Positions 1 to 8,798 of a DNA stretch of 64,000 nucleotides are shown here, piece after piece. Numbering within the stretch: position 1 is the stretch's first letter; each line of letters begins with the position of its first letter. The DNA comes from Deltaproteobacteria bacterium. Lineage in GTDB: Bacteria; Desulfobacterota; GWC2-55-46. The stretch covers positions 48,367 through 112,366 of the forward strand of contig JACPGB010000047.1 in the NCBI GenBank assembly GCA_016182655.1, in the 5' to 3' direction. The notes under the pieces were generated by a model. The model was not told the origin of the DNA. It did not search any database and was given only the letters and a program-made list of their open reading frames with translations. The position numbers were made by a program, and so were the translations under genes.

Positions 1-160
1 CGGCCTCGGCGTATTCGGCGTCAGCAATGGCGGATCCTGCGCCTGCGTCCTTTTCGACGAGCACGCGGTGGCCCGCGTCTTTAAGGGCCCGCGCGCCGGA
101 CGGGGCGAGTGAGACCCTGAACTCGTTGTCTTTTATCTCTTTTGGTACGCCTATTATCAT
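1..160 (-). CDS. Alanine dehydrogenase (or PntA-like) N-terminal fragment, truncated by the window edge
   Basis: Minus-strand translation from the ATG at 160 gives [53 protein letters not shown]. This matches the conserved Ald/PntA N-terminus. It was not in the ORF track because it is shorter than 60 aa inside the window. Confidence 0.55.
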   Translation of the reverse strand, partial: MIIGVPKEIKDNEFRVSLAPSGARALKDAGHRVLVEKDAGAGSAIADAEYAEA

Positions 161-212
161 GTTCGATTATTTCAAGTTACCAGTTTTGGGATCTACAGTC
201 AACATGGGGCCT

Positions 213-1370
213 TTAGTTTCTCCCTGCCTTTACGAGCGGCAGGACCTCTGTCTTAAGGAAGGCTATGTCCTCGTCGACCTGCTTAAGCTCCTCATCCCTC
301 ATCGGCGACGGGGCAAGGGGGAGGTCGCGGAGCGCCTTGGATCGGAAGATGTCGCCGTTCTGCTGAAGGAACTCCGCCGGGATGTTTAATGGAGGCTCGA
401 CTTCGTTCATGATTGCCCATGCGAGCGTCCACGCACGCGCGACATTGCTTAGGTCATAGCCGCCGCCCCCGAGCGCGACCCATGGGATATTGAAAGAACG
501 GAAGGCAGTAACCATCTTCTCGAAAGAGTTAGTGGTGAGGCTCAAGTGCGTGAGCGGGTCTGTCTCGAAGGAGTCTACCCCGAGCTGTGTGACCATCACG
601 TCAGGCGCGAACGCCTCGATGAACGGGGGGACTATGGCGTTAAAGGCCTTCAGATACAACCCGTCCTGCGTCGAGGGCGGCAGGGGCACGTTTACAGAGT
701 AGCCCTTAGCGGAGTTTACCCCTATGTCGGTCACAAACCCCGTGCCTGGAAAGAGCCATTGGCCGTTTTCGTGGAGAGAGATGGTAAGGACCTTATCCGT
801 GTCGTAGAACGCGTACTCGACCCCGTCTCCGTGGTGCGCGTCTATGTCTATGTAGGCTACCCTTTTGCCGAGTTTCAAAAGGTACTGGATAGCTACGGCC
901 GCGTCGTTTATGTAGCAGAACCCCGATGCCCGGTTCGGCATTGCGTGGTGGAGGCCGCCGGCGATGTTGAATGCGATCTTTGCTTTTCCGCTTGCGACAA
1001 GCTCCGCGGCCTGGATGGACGCCCCCGCGGACCATGCAGACCACTCGTAGACGCCGTTGAATACCGGGTTGTCGCCGAAGCCGAGCCCGTGGACAGAGCC
1101 ATCGACCGGGATTATACCCGTATTCGCCTCTTTAAGGACCCTCACGTACTCCCGCGAGTGGAAGAGCTCGATCTCGGGTTCAGTGGCCTGCCGCGCCGGG
1201 ACTATTTCGGAGTCCGGAAGCTTTGTGAGTTTCAGCTCCTCCATCAGCTCATAGGTGAGCTTCAACCTCACCGGCCTCATCGGGTGGTTTGGGCCGTAGT
1301 GGAACGAGCCGAATTTTTCAGAGTAGATGAACGCTGTCTTCATCGGTTTCCCACGGGTCGCAACGCGCAA
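213..1370 (-). CDS. Histone deacetylase-family protein / acetoin utilization AcuC-like deacetylase
   Basis: 385 aa. Carries the HDAC-fold motifs (DIDAHHGDG, GGGGY). Confidence 0.8.
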   Translation of the reverse strand: MRVATRGKPMKTAFIYSEKFGSFHYGPNHPMRPVRLKLTYELMEELKLTKLPDSEIVPARQATEPEIELFHSREYVRVLKEANTGIIPVDGSVHGLGFGDNPVFNGVYEWSAWSAGASIQAAELVASGKAKIAFNIAGGLHHAMPNRASGFCYINDAAVAIQYLLKLGKRVAYIDIDAHHGDGVEYAFYDTDKVLTISLHENGQWLFPGTGFVTDIGVNSAKGYSVNVPLPPSTQDGLYLKAFNAIVPPFIEAFAPDVMVTQLGVDSFETDPLTHLSLTTNSFEKMVTAFRSFNIPWVALGGGGYDLSNVARAWTLAWAIMNEVEPPLNIPAEFLQQNGDIFRSKALRDLPLAPSPMRDEELKQVDEDIAFLKTEVLPLVKAGRN

Positions 1371-1428
1371 ATTTCCGGCTTTTGACTATTTTTAACTATT
1401 TTGATGCGCTAAAAATAACAATTTTTAG

Positions 1429-2637
1429 CTACTCGTACCTCAAAGCCTCTATCGGGTCCAGCAGCGACGCCTTCCTCGCCGGGTATATCCCGAAAATGAG
1501 CCCGATGAGGACCGAAAAGAAGAACCCGAGCGCGATGGAGAACGGGGTTATGACCGTCTCCCAGTCGCCGAAGTATGAGATGGACGCGCCGAGGCCTACG
1601 CCTATCGCGATGCCTATGAGCCCGCCGGAAACCGTTATGACGAGCGCTTCTATCAGGAACTGCCGCAATATATCGCTTCTCCGCGCGCCGACGGCCATGC
1701 GGATGCCTATCTCTCTTGTCCGCTCGGTTACAGAGACGAGCATTATGTTCATGACCCCTATGCCGCCGACGAGGAGCGAGACCGCGGCTATGCCGGATAA
1801 AAGGATGGAGAAGGTCTGCGAGGTCTTCTGCATCGTCGCTATCATCTCGGAGAAGTCCCTTATCGAGAAGTCGCTTTCCACGCCTTCGGGTATCCTGTGG
1901 CGCGCGCGGAGCACGCGCTCTATCCCTTTTTTCACATCCGGGATGTCCTCGTAATTCTCGACCTGTATGTTTATGTCGTTCAGGAAGTCCTGGTTATAGA
2001 GCCGCCTCATGTAGGTCGAGACCGGGATAAAGACCTGGTCGTCAGGGTCGAACCACGAGGTCTGCCCTTTTGTCGACATGATGCCTATTACGGTAAAGGT
2101 CTGCCCCTCTATCTTTATCTCCTCCCCTATGGCCGGGCCGTCCTCGAAGAGGTCTTTTTTTACGGTCGTCCCAATGGCCGCGACCCTCTTCAAGAGCTTG
2201 ATGTCTGTCTCGTCGAAGAACCTGCCCTCCGCGACCGGGAAGTTGTTTATCTCCATGAATAGCGGGGTCGTGCCTGTGATGAGCGAAGTCGCGTTCTTGT
2301 TCGCGTACTTGAGCTGGCCCGTGGAGCCGACAGACGGGCTTATGCTCCGAACGCCCGGGACCTCTTTTTCTATGGCCTCGGCGTCGTCCATGGTGAGGTT
2401 CTCTACCGACCCTGTCCGGACGTGGCCCAAGCGCGCGGCGCCCGGCCTGACCTTGAGCTGGTTGGTGCCGAACCTCGAAATGGATTCCATCACCTGTTTC
2501 TTCGCGCCTTCGCCTAAGGACAGCATCGCGATTATCGCGGCGACACCTATAATGATGCCGAGCATGGTAAGGGTCGTCCTCAGCTTGTTTGCGAGGATGC
2601 CCCTCCACGCGACCTTTATGACCTGCCAGAGGAGCAT
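1429..2637 (-). CDS. ABC transporter permease, MacB/FtsX family
   Basis: 402 aa. N-terminal TM helix, a large periplasmic domain and a C-terminal FtsX-like 3-TM bundle. Overlaps the upstream ATPase by 1 nt. Confidence 0.85.
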   Translation of the reverse strand: MLLWQVIKVAWRGILANKLRTTLTMLGIIIGVAAIIAMLSLGEGAKKQVMESISRFGTNQLKVRPGAARLGHVRTGSVENLTMDDAEAIEKEVPGVRSISPSVGSTGQLKYANKNATSLITGTTPLFMEINNFPVAEGRFFDETDIKLLKRVAAIGTTVKKDLFEDGPAIGEEIKIEGQTFTVIGIMSTKGQTSWFDPDDQVFIPVSTYMRRLYNQDFLNDINIQVENYEDIPDVKKGIERVLRARHRIPEGVESDFSIRDFSEMIATMQKTSQTFSILLSGIAAVSLLVGGIGVMNIMLVSVTERTREIGIRMAVGARRSDILRQFLIEALVITVSGGLIGIAIGVGLGASISYFGDWETVITPFSIALGFFFSVLIGLIFGIYPARKASLLDPIEALRYE

Positions 2638-3302
2638 TAGTTCGCCCCGCTCGTAATCAAGCCGTCCTTTATGGTTATGGCCCTCTGCGAGTGCGCCGCG
2701 ATCGATGGGTCATGCGTGACTATTACGAGGGTCGTCCCCTTTGCGTTCAACTCCTTAAGTATAGCCATGATCTCGGCGCCTGTCCTGGAGTCCAGGTTAC
2801 CCGTGGGCTCGTCCCCGAGTATTATGGGCGGGTTCAATACGATGGCCCGCGCTATCGCGACCCTCTGCCTCTCCCCGCCGGAGAGCTCGTTCGGCCTGTG
2901 GTCGAGCCTGTGGCCAAGGCCCACTTCTTTTAACGCCTCGACGGCGAGCGCCCTCGGCTCCCTTACCCCGGAGTATAACAGCGGGAGCTCGACGTTTTCC
3001 GTCGCGCTCTCCCTCGGAAGGAGGTTGAAGGTCTGGAAGACGAACCCGATGTTCGTGTTCCTGACCCTCGCGAGCTCGTCTTCGCTCATCTCGTCGACCC
3101 TCGTGCCGTTTAAAATATACGAGCCTCCGGTCGGCCTGTCCAGGCACCCGATTATGTTCATAAGGGTTGATTTGCCCGAGCCCGAGGGGCCCATTATGGA
3201 GACGAATTCGCCTGACTCGATCTTCAAGTCGACGCCCTTAAGCACGTCGACCTCGGTCGAGCCCATCATGTACTTCTTTGTTATGGAAGTGAGTTCTATC
3301 AA
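2637..3302 (-). CDS. ABC transporter ATP-binding protein (MacB/LolD-type)
   Basis: Walker [13 protein letters not shown] signature [14 protein letters not shown], Walker [12 protein letters not shown]. Confidence 0.9.
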   Translation of the reverse strand: MIELTSITKKYMMGSTEVDVLKGVDLKIESGEFVSIMGPSGSGKSTLMNIIGCLDRPTGGSYILNGTRVDEMSEDELARVRNTNIGFVFQTFNLLPRESATENVELPLLYSGVREPRALAVEALKEVGLGHRLDHRPNELSGGERQRVAIARAIVLNPPIILGDEPTGNLDSRTGAEIMAILKELNAKGTTLVIVTHDPSIAAHSQRAITIKDGLITSGAN

Positions 3303-3505
3303 TTCGATAAATGAGTCTATAGGTGAGGTGTTCGCCGGACGGGCAAAGCCAGACCGGGTATCTATGCGCGATTCGGATATCCTCCCCCTTTTCTAAAGGG
3401 GAATTTCAGGGGATTAAAAAAGGCCGTTTTTATATATAATCTCCCCCAACCCCTCTTTAGAAAAGAGGGGTTCAACCAATGTCGCCATGCGCCGCCGCGA
3501 AGGAA

Positions 3506-4669
3506 TTAGAAGAAGAACCTCTTCTTCTTTTTCGCGGTCTCGCCGTTGGCGTTTATGGACGAGGTGACGACCTCGGCCCCGTCCCCTATGCCCTCTGATA
3601 TGGCCGTATGGACCCCGTTCGTCTCGGCGGCCTTGACCGGCGTCCACCTGGGCGTGCCGTTCTCCATAACATAGACGCCCGTTCCGCCGTCCCTGGTCTT
3701 TACCGCCTCTTTCGGCACGAGGAGCGCGCCTGTCACGACCTTTGTGAGGACCTTTACATCCGCGGTCATGCCGGGCTTGAGGAGCGCCTTGTCCTTGTCG
3801 GTTATGGCGACGACTACCTCGAAGACGGTCACGGTCCTCGCCACCTTGCCCTTCGGGGCTATCCTCTCTATCTTCCCGGCAAATGCCTTCTCGGGCATGG
3901 AGTCTATCTTTATGGAGGCCTCCTGGCCCGGGACGATCCTCGCGATGTCTACCTCGTCGACTTCGGCGACAACGCGGATCTTTTCGAGGTCCGCGATGCT
4001 GAATATCTGGGTGCCTTCGGAGGCGGATGACAATGTCGAGGATATCACCTGGCCCCGGTCCACGAACTTCCTTAAAATCGTCCCGGCGAACGGGGCCTTT
4101 ATCTCGGTATCCGAGAGCCTCTCGTTTGCCTCCTTAAGGGCCTCCCGGGACTGGAGTAGCTCGGCCTCGGAGAGGGCGAGGTCGGTCCGCGCCTTCTCAA
4201 TCGATACCTCGGCGTCGTCGAGCTCCTGCCTCGATATTATCCCCTCCTGATAGAGCTTCTGCTGGCGGCCCAGCTTAACTGAGACGTCCTTAAGCGAGAT
4301 ACGCGCCTTGTCGAGCCTCGCCTTTGCCATGAGGAGGTTCGCCTCTGCCTGGTTCGCGCGCGCCCGCTCGGTCTTGGGGTCGAGCTTTACTATCGTCTGG
4401 CCCTTATTGACCAGGTCGCCCTCGTTGAAGGGAAACTCGGTTATCTCTCCGCCGGCCTTGCTTTTCACGATGACTTCGACATCGGGCGAGACTACGCCTG
4501 CCGAGACGATCTCTATCCTCAATTCGCCCTTTGTCGCCTTGGCGGTCTTTATGTTTCCGGCGTCGTTGACGGGCTTGCCCGTCCCCGAGAGGAAAACTAT
4601 CGCGACACCAATGACGACGAGCGCGGCTATTGCGTAGATAAACGGCTTTTTGATCAAACCCTTCAACAT
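3506..4669 (-). CDS. Efflux periplasmic adaptor subunit (HlyD/MacA family)
   Basis: 387 aa. N-terminal TM anchor, a coiled-coil hairpin and beta-barrel/lipoyl-like segments typical of membrane fusion proteins. Confidence 0.8.
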   Translation of the reverse strand: MLKGLIKKPFIYAIAALVVIGVAIVFLSGTGKPVNDAGNIKTAKATKGELRIEIVSAGVVSPDVEVIVKSKAGGEITEFPFNEGDLVNKGQTIVKLDPKTERARANQAEANLLMAKARLDKARISLKDVSVKLGRQQKLYQEGIISRQELDDAEVSIEKARTDLALSEAELLQSREALKEANERLSDTEIKAPFAGTILRKFVDRGQVISSTLSSASEGTQIFSIADLEKIRVVAEVDEVDIARIVPGQEASIKIDSMPEKAFAGKIERIAPKGKVARTVTVFEVVVAITDKDKALLKPGMTADVKVLTKVVTGALLVPKEAVKTRDGGTGVYVMENGTPRWTPVKAAETNGVHTAISEGIGDGAEVVTSSINANGETAKKKKRFFF

Positions 4670-4681
4670 TACCCCTTATGC

Positions 4682-6163
4682 TCAGTCCATCTTTATGGAG
4701 AGCTCGTCTAAAAGAGTCCCCTTTTCCCTGTAATAAGTGATTATCGCCTTGTTGAGGTCCGAGACCGCGGCTATCTCGTTCAATCGCGCCTTCGCGAGGT
4801 CCTCCTGTATGCGGAGCACATTGAAGGTAGTCGACCTCCCGGCAGAGAGCTTCTTCTCCTCGGCAACGAGCGACTCCCTCGTGAGGTTGGCCGCAATGCG
4901 GGCGGCCTCGAGCCTCGCCCTGCCGGACTCTATATCCTTTAGGGCGTTGTCGATGCTGAGTATTATCTGCTGTTCGAGCCTCCGGAGCCTCAAGACCGCC
5001 TGGTCGGTTGTGAGCCTCGCGGCCGAGAGCTCGCCGTAGGCCGCCCTGTTGCCGATAGGGTAGCTGAAGAGGAGACCTATAGTCCACTCGGGGGAGTCGA
5101 GGTCAAAGGACGAGCTGAAACTGTCCCCTATGCCGTTAAAGCCGTAGCTCGCCTCTATATCGACCTCAGGGAGCCTCTGGTCCTCGGCAAAGACCGTCTG
5201 CAAACGCCCCTTGTCGATTGTGGCGACCGTCTCGCGGTAGTCGGGGCGCGTTGCGACCGCCTTTTTCACGCTCTCCTCGTACCCCTCGGGCTCGGCCTTC
5301 AAAGCCGAGTCGGACGAAGGGATTATCTCGGTGTCCTTTACGGCGTGGATGTCGGAAGCGATGAGCATCTTTATCGCGTTCTCGGTATCCTTTACTGATT
5401 TAAGAGCGACTATGACATCGTCCTTCCTCGCCGCCGCGGCGGCCTCGGCCTGGACGACCTCGAGGGCCGACATAGCCCCGGCCTCGAGCTTCTTCTTGTT
5501 TATGCCGTAAAGGGTCTCGGCGAGGGTTTGTGATTCTATCCTTACCTTAAGCTCCTCGCGGACCCTGATAAGGTCCCAGTACTTGAGGCCGAACTCGGAG
5601 ACCGTATCGAGTATCTTCTGCTTCAGCTTGTGGACGGAAATATCCCTGTCCTTCTGCGCAATTTTGAGCTCAGCGATGTTCGAGTCCCCTCCGAAGCCCT
5701 TAAGCAGCGGCTGGGTGACGACTACCCCGGTGAAGGACTCGTACTCGTAGTTGAAGTTGTTTAGCGTCTCGGAGGTCCAGTCGTTCCTCACTTCGAGCGT
5801 ATACTCTGTCCCGTACCGGGACTTTCCGGTAACGCCGGTCTCGAGGCTGTAGGTGGTCGAATCGAGCGCGGAGAGCCCTCCCAATGATACGCTTTCGCGC
5901 GAGCTCAAGGGCGTCATTACATCCTGCCTCTTCATCGAACCGAAGAGGCTCATGTCAAAGGCCCCCTCCTCGGCCAATATCCCGGCCTCGGCTATCTCCG
6001 GGGATATCCTCTCGATAGTTATGTCGAGGTTGTTCTCGAGGACCTTGACCACCCCGTCCCTCAAGGAGAGGAACATCTCTTTCTTTTGCTCTTGGGCGTT
6101 GGCGCCTGTCGGCAGAAGGGCCAGGAGGGCTGTTGCTATGGCGGTTTTCGCGTATTTCCGCAT
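4682..6163 (-). CDS. TolC-family outer membrane efflux protein
   Basis: Two repeated alpha/beta TolC halves. The start is placed at MRKYAKTAIATALLALLPTGANA (a signal peptide) rather than the upstream ORF-track start at 6250. Confidence 0.75.
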   Translation of the reverse strand: MRKYAKTAIATALLALLPTGANAQEQKKEMFLSLRDGVVKVLENNLDITIERISPEIAEAGILAEEGAFDMSLFGSMKRQDVMTPLSSRESVSLGGLSALDSTTYSLETGVTGKSRYGTEYTLEVRNDWTSETLNNFNYEYESFTGVVVTQPLLKGFGGDSNIAELKIAQKDRDISVHKLKQKILDTVSEFGLKYWDLIRVREELKVRIESQTLAETLYGINKKKLEAGAMSALEVVQAEAAAAARKDDVIVALKSVKDTENAIKMLIASDIHAVKDTEIIPSSDSALKAEPEGYEESVKKAVATRPDYRETVATIDKGRLQTVFAEDQRLPEVDIEASYGFNGIGDSFSSSFDLDSPEWTIGLLFSYPIGNRAAYGELSAARLTTDQAVLRLRRLEQQIILSIDNALKDIESGRARLEAARIAANLTRESLVAEEKKLSAGRSTTFNVLRIQEDLAKARLNEIAAVSDLNKAIITYYREKGTLLDELSIKMD

Positions 6164-6356
6164 CAGGAAAGACCTTTGAAGAGAGATAGAGGAATGATAA
6201 TAGCCGGGCCCTCCCCTGTCAAGGGAAAGGCGCAAAGCGCGAGGCTCCAAAAGACCCTCTGGCGAGCCTGAGTCCGGAGCGCCCAGCCTTCGATATTATC
6301 ACAAAACCGTTGTGCGAGGTATTTTTAAAGCATGGTGGAGAAGGGGCGGCAAGGCG

Positions 6357-7037
6357 TCAGCACTTCTTCTTCTGGATGGGGCGGGCGGCCTCGCGGAGCA
6401 GTACATTCCTGGGCCTGACGCCAATCGAGTTGTCCTTCGGGGGCGCGATCTTTCTCATGAGGTGGAGCCTGCCCTGCTCCTTGAGCCTCTTGTATATCCT
6501 TACCCAGGCGCACGAGTTCTCGGGGTTCACCTCGCACATGCCGTCCACCACACCGCCGCACGGGCCGTTAAGGAGCCCCTTGGGGCACTCGGTATGCGGG
6601 CAGATGCCGCCGGTCTCGATAAGGACGCACTCTCCGCAGAGCGAGCACCCCTCGTAGAACCTGCCGACCCTCTCGACCGTCGCGAGAAATATTGAATCGA
6701 GCGCCGGGAGCACGGGTTGCGTCTCTTCGGCCGCGTCTGCCACTGTCCGGACGCCCGCGCCGCAGGCAAGGACAAGGACCGCGTCGGCCTTGCACAGGGC
6801 CTCTTTTGTCTTGTACTCGCGGAGAGCCAACTGCCTGTAGCAGGTCTCTTCCGGGAGCGACGACCCCACGACCTCGAACCCGCGCTCGGCCAGGACCCTC
6901 GACATATCCTCGAGCTCTTTCCTGCCGCCTGTCTGGCACTGCTCGGCGCAGGAGTTGCAGCCAAAGAGCCACACGGTCTTCTTGCCTTTGAGCGCCTCGA
7001 CTATCTTCTCTATATCTTTCTTTTTAGTGATTATCAT
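6357..7037 (-). CDS. Methylene-THF reductase C-terminal-domain (MetV-like) Cys-rich protein
   Basis: 226 aa with the CGxCxxxxGxCPxxxCPKGxxNGPCGG cysteine cluster typical of MetV/MTHFR_C proteins. Lies directly downstream of folD. Confidence 0.6.
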   Translation of the reverse strand: MIITKKKDIEKIVEALKGKKTVWLFGCNSCAEQCQTGGRKELEDMSRVLAERGFEVVGSSLPEETCYRQLALREYKTKEALCKADAVLVLACGAGVRTVADAAEETQPVLPALDSIFLATVERVGRFYEGCSLCGECVLIETGGICPHTECPKGLLNGPCGGVVDGMCEVNPENSCAWVRIYKRLKEQGRLHLMRKIAPPKDNSIGVRPRNVLLREAARPIQKKKC

Positions 7038-7052
7038 GGAGAGTCCGGGGGG

Positions 7053-7913
7053 CTACAGCCCTGCCGCGTTCCTTGCGGCCGCGACGGTGTTCTTAAGGAG
7101 CATGGCTATGGTCATGGGGCCGACTCCGCCGGGGACCGGGGTTATGTAAGAGGCTTTCGACAACGCGGCGTCGAAGTCGACATCCCCGGTGAGCTTTCCG
7201 TCGGGCGCCCTGTTCATGCCGACGTCTATCACGACCGCGCCTTCCTTTATCCAGTCGCCCTTGACGAACCTGTCCCTGCCTATGGCCGCGACGAGTATGT
7301 CCGCCTCCCTCGCCTTTTCCGGGAGGTCTTTTGTCTTCGAGTGGCAGATGGTAACGGTTGCGTTCCTCTTAAGGAGCATCATGGCCATGGGCTTTCCCAC
7401 GATGTTGGAGCGGCCTATGATGACGGCGTTCTTCCCGGATGCGTCGACACCCGTGGAGTCCAGAAGCCTCATTATGCCGTACGGCGTGCAGGGCTGGAGG
7501 AGCGCGTTCCCGATCATGAGCCTGCCCATGTTATAAGGGTGGAATCCGTCTACATCCTTCGAGGGCGAGATGAGATCGAGCACGGCCTCTGAATCCATGT
7601 GCGAGGGCAGAGGCAACTGCACGAGTATGCCGTGGACATCTTTCGAGGCGTTAAGGTCCCTTATGAGGGAGAGGAGTTCTTCCTCTTTCATGGTGCCGGG
7701 AAGCGTGTGCTGGAAGGACCTGATGCCCACCTCCTCGCACGCCTTTGTCTTGTTCCTGACGTATATCTGGGAGGCGGGATTCTCGCCAACGAGGACTACC
7801 GCGAGCCCGGGAGTAACCCCTTTTTCCTTGAGTTTCGCTACCTCGGCCTTGAGCTCCGCCCTCACCTCTGCCGAGATCTTTTTCCCGTCTATTATCTGAG
7901 CTTTTCTGGTCAT
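7053..7913 (-). CDS. folD: Bifunctional methylenetetrahydrofolate dehydrogenase/cyclohydrolase
   Basis: 286 aa with strong FolD family similarity (VGxNPASxxYV, GRSxIVGxP). Confidence 0.9.
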   Translation of the reverse strand: MTRKAQIIDGKKISAEVRAELKAEVAKLKEKGVTPGLAVVLVGENPASQIYVRNKTKACEEVGIRSFQHTLPGTMKEEELLSLIRDLNASKDVHGILVQLPLPSHMDSEAVLDLISPSKDVDGFHPYNMGRLMIGNALLQPCTPYGIMRLLDSTGVDASGKNAVIIGRSNIVGKPMAMMLLKRNATVTICHSKTKDLPEKAREADILVAAIGRDRFVKGDWIKEGAVVIDVGMNRAPDGKLTGDVDFDAALSKASYITPVPGGVGPMTIAMLLKNTVAAARNAAGL

Positions 7914-8059
7914 GGTTCTTTTTATCCGGAATCGTGATTTTCCGTCCAGTATACTTTAAAACATGGCCTCCTTGCAAAGGAATTCAGAGTTCCCCGCCGA
8001 TAAGGACTTGACAGCGGAGCTGACTGGCTATTATCATGGACATACAAGAGGAGGCCTCC

Positions 8060-8374
8060 ATGGGTTTCTGGGACAATGTGAACGACGAGCTTAAAAAAGC
8101 GGTCGAAGAGGGCTGGAGTGCGGTAAAGGAAAGCGCGAAGATAGGGAAGTTGCGCCTTCGCATCCACGCTCTCCACAAAAAGGCCGAGAAGCACTTTGCC
8201 GAGATAGGCGGCATAGTCTATGATTCCTCGAAGGTCCCCTGGGAAAACCCCCTTTCAAGGACAGAGGTCCAGAAGCTCATCGAGGAGATAAGAAAGATAG
8301 AGGCCGAGACAGAGGCGCTCGAGAAGGAGATAGACGCTCTCAAGAAAAAGGAGAAGCCGGGCGCTGAAAAATGA
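8060..8374 (+). CDS. Small coiled-coil hypothetical protein
   Basis: Start chosen at MGFWDNV, which has a GAGGAGG Shine-Dalgarno 7 nt upstream. The ORF-track start at 8036 lacks an RBS. K/E-rich C-terminus. Confidence 0.4.
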   Translation: MGFWDNVNDELKKAVEEGWSAVKESAKIGKLRLRIHALHKKAEKHFAEIGGIVYDSSKVPWENPLSRTEVQKLIEEIRKIEAETEALEKEIDALKKKEKPGAEK

Positions 8375-8375
8375 A

Positions 8376-8760
8376 CTACCCCGCAGAGGCAGGGGTATCT
8401 TCTAATACTTCCCCTCCCTCAATGGGAGGGGACTGAGGGGAGGGTGACTTCGGCACGCCAATTTCAAATCGGGCGGCTCGGGGGCTCATTGACGCAATGC
8501 CGTCCGTTGTGATTTTGCCCGCCCGGCACGCTTCACCCCCACCCCGCCCCTCCCCCATCAAGGGGGAGGGGGTGAAAAAACGCGGCAAGCCGCGGGGTAT
8601 TTGACCCTAAGAGAGAATAAATTGCCGGCATCCCTTGGAAGGTCTCTGGCCCCCCTCACCCTCCGCCTCTTTCCCACAAGGGGAGAGAGGACCATAAAAA
8701 AACACCCTCGTTTAAACACACTCCGTTGTCGCTTCCCAGCATCCCGTCTTGCAACCTTCC
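8376..8760. repeat. Mosaic of G/C-rich palindromic intergenic repeat modules, including an inverted copy of the ~90-nt element at about 8449-8530
   Basis: Hairpin modules seen by eye: taccccgcagaggcaggggta, cccctccctcaatgggagggg, cccctcccccatcaagggggagggg, ctttcccacaaggggagagag. The ORF-track ORFs here are artefacts. Confidence 0.7.
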
Positions 8761-8798
8761 TTGAAATAATGCTATTTTGATTTAAAGCCAATTCACGC

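Noticed and set aside
27-389. ORF 27..389(+) of 120 aa
   Set aside because: It overlaps the minus-strand ald fragment and the AcuC gene. It is a GC-rich antisense frame with no family resemblance.
546-1385. Long antisense ORFs inside confidently assigned genes (for example 546..1385+, 2671..3396+, 6717..7592+, 12949..13485+, 32439..33377+, 43047..44024-, 59666..61273+)
   Set aside because: High GC suppresses stop codons on non-coding frames. Each lies opposite or overlaps a gene with clear family motifs, and their peptides are Arg/Pro/Gly-rich compositional artefacts.
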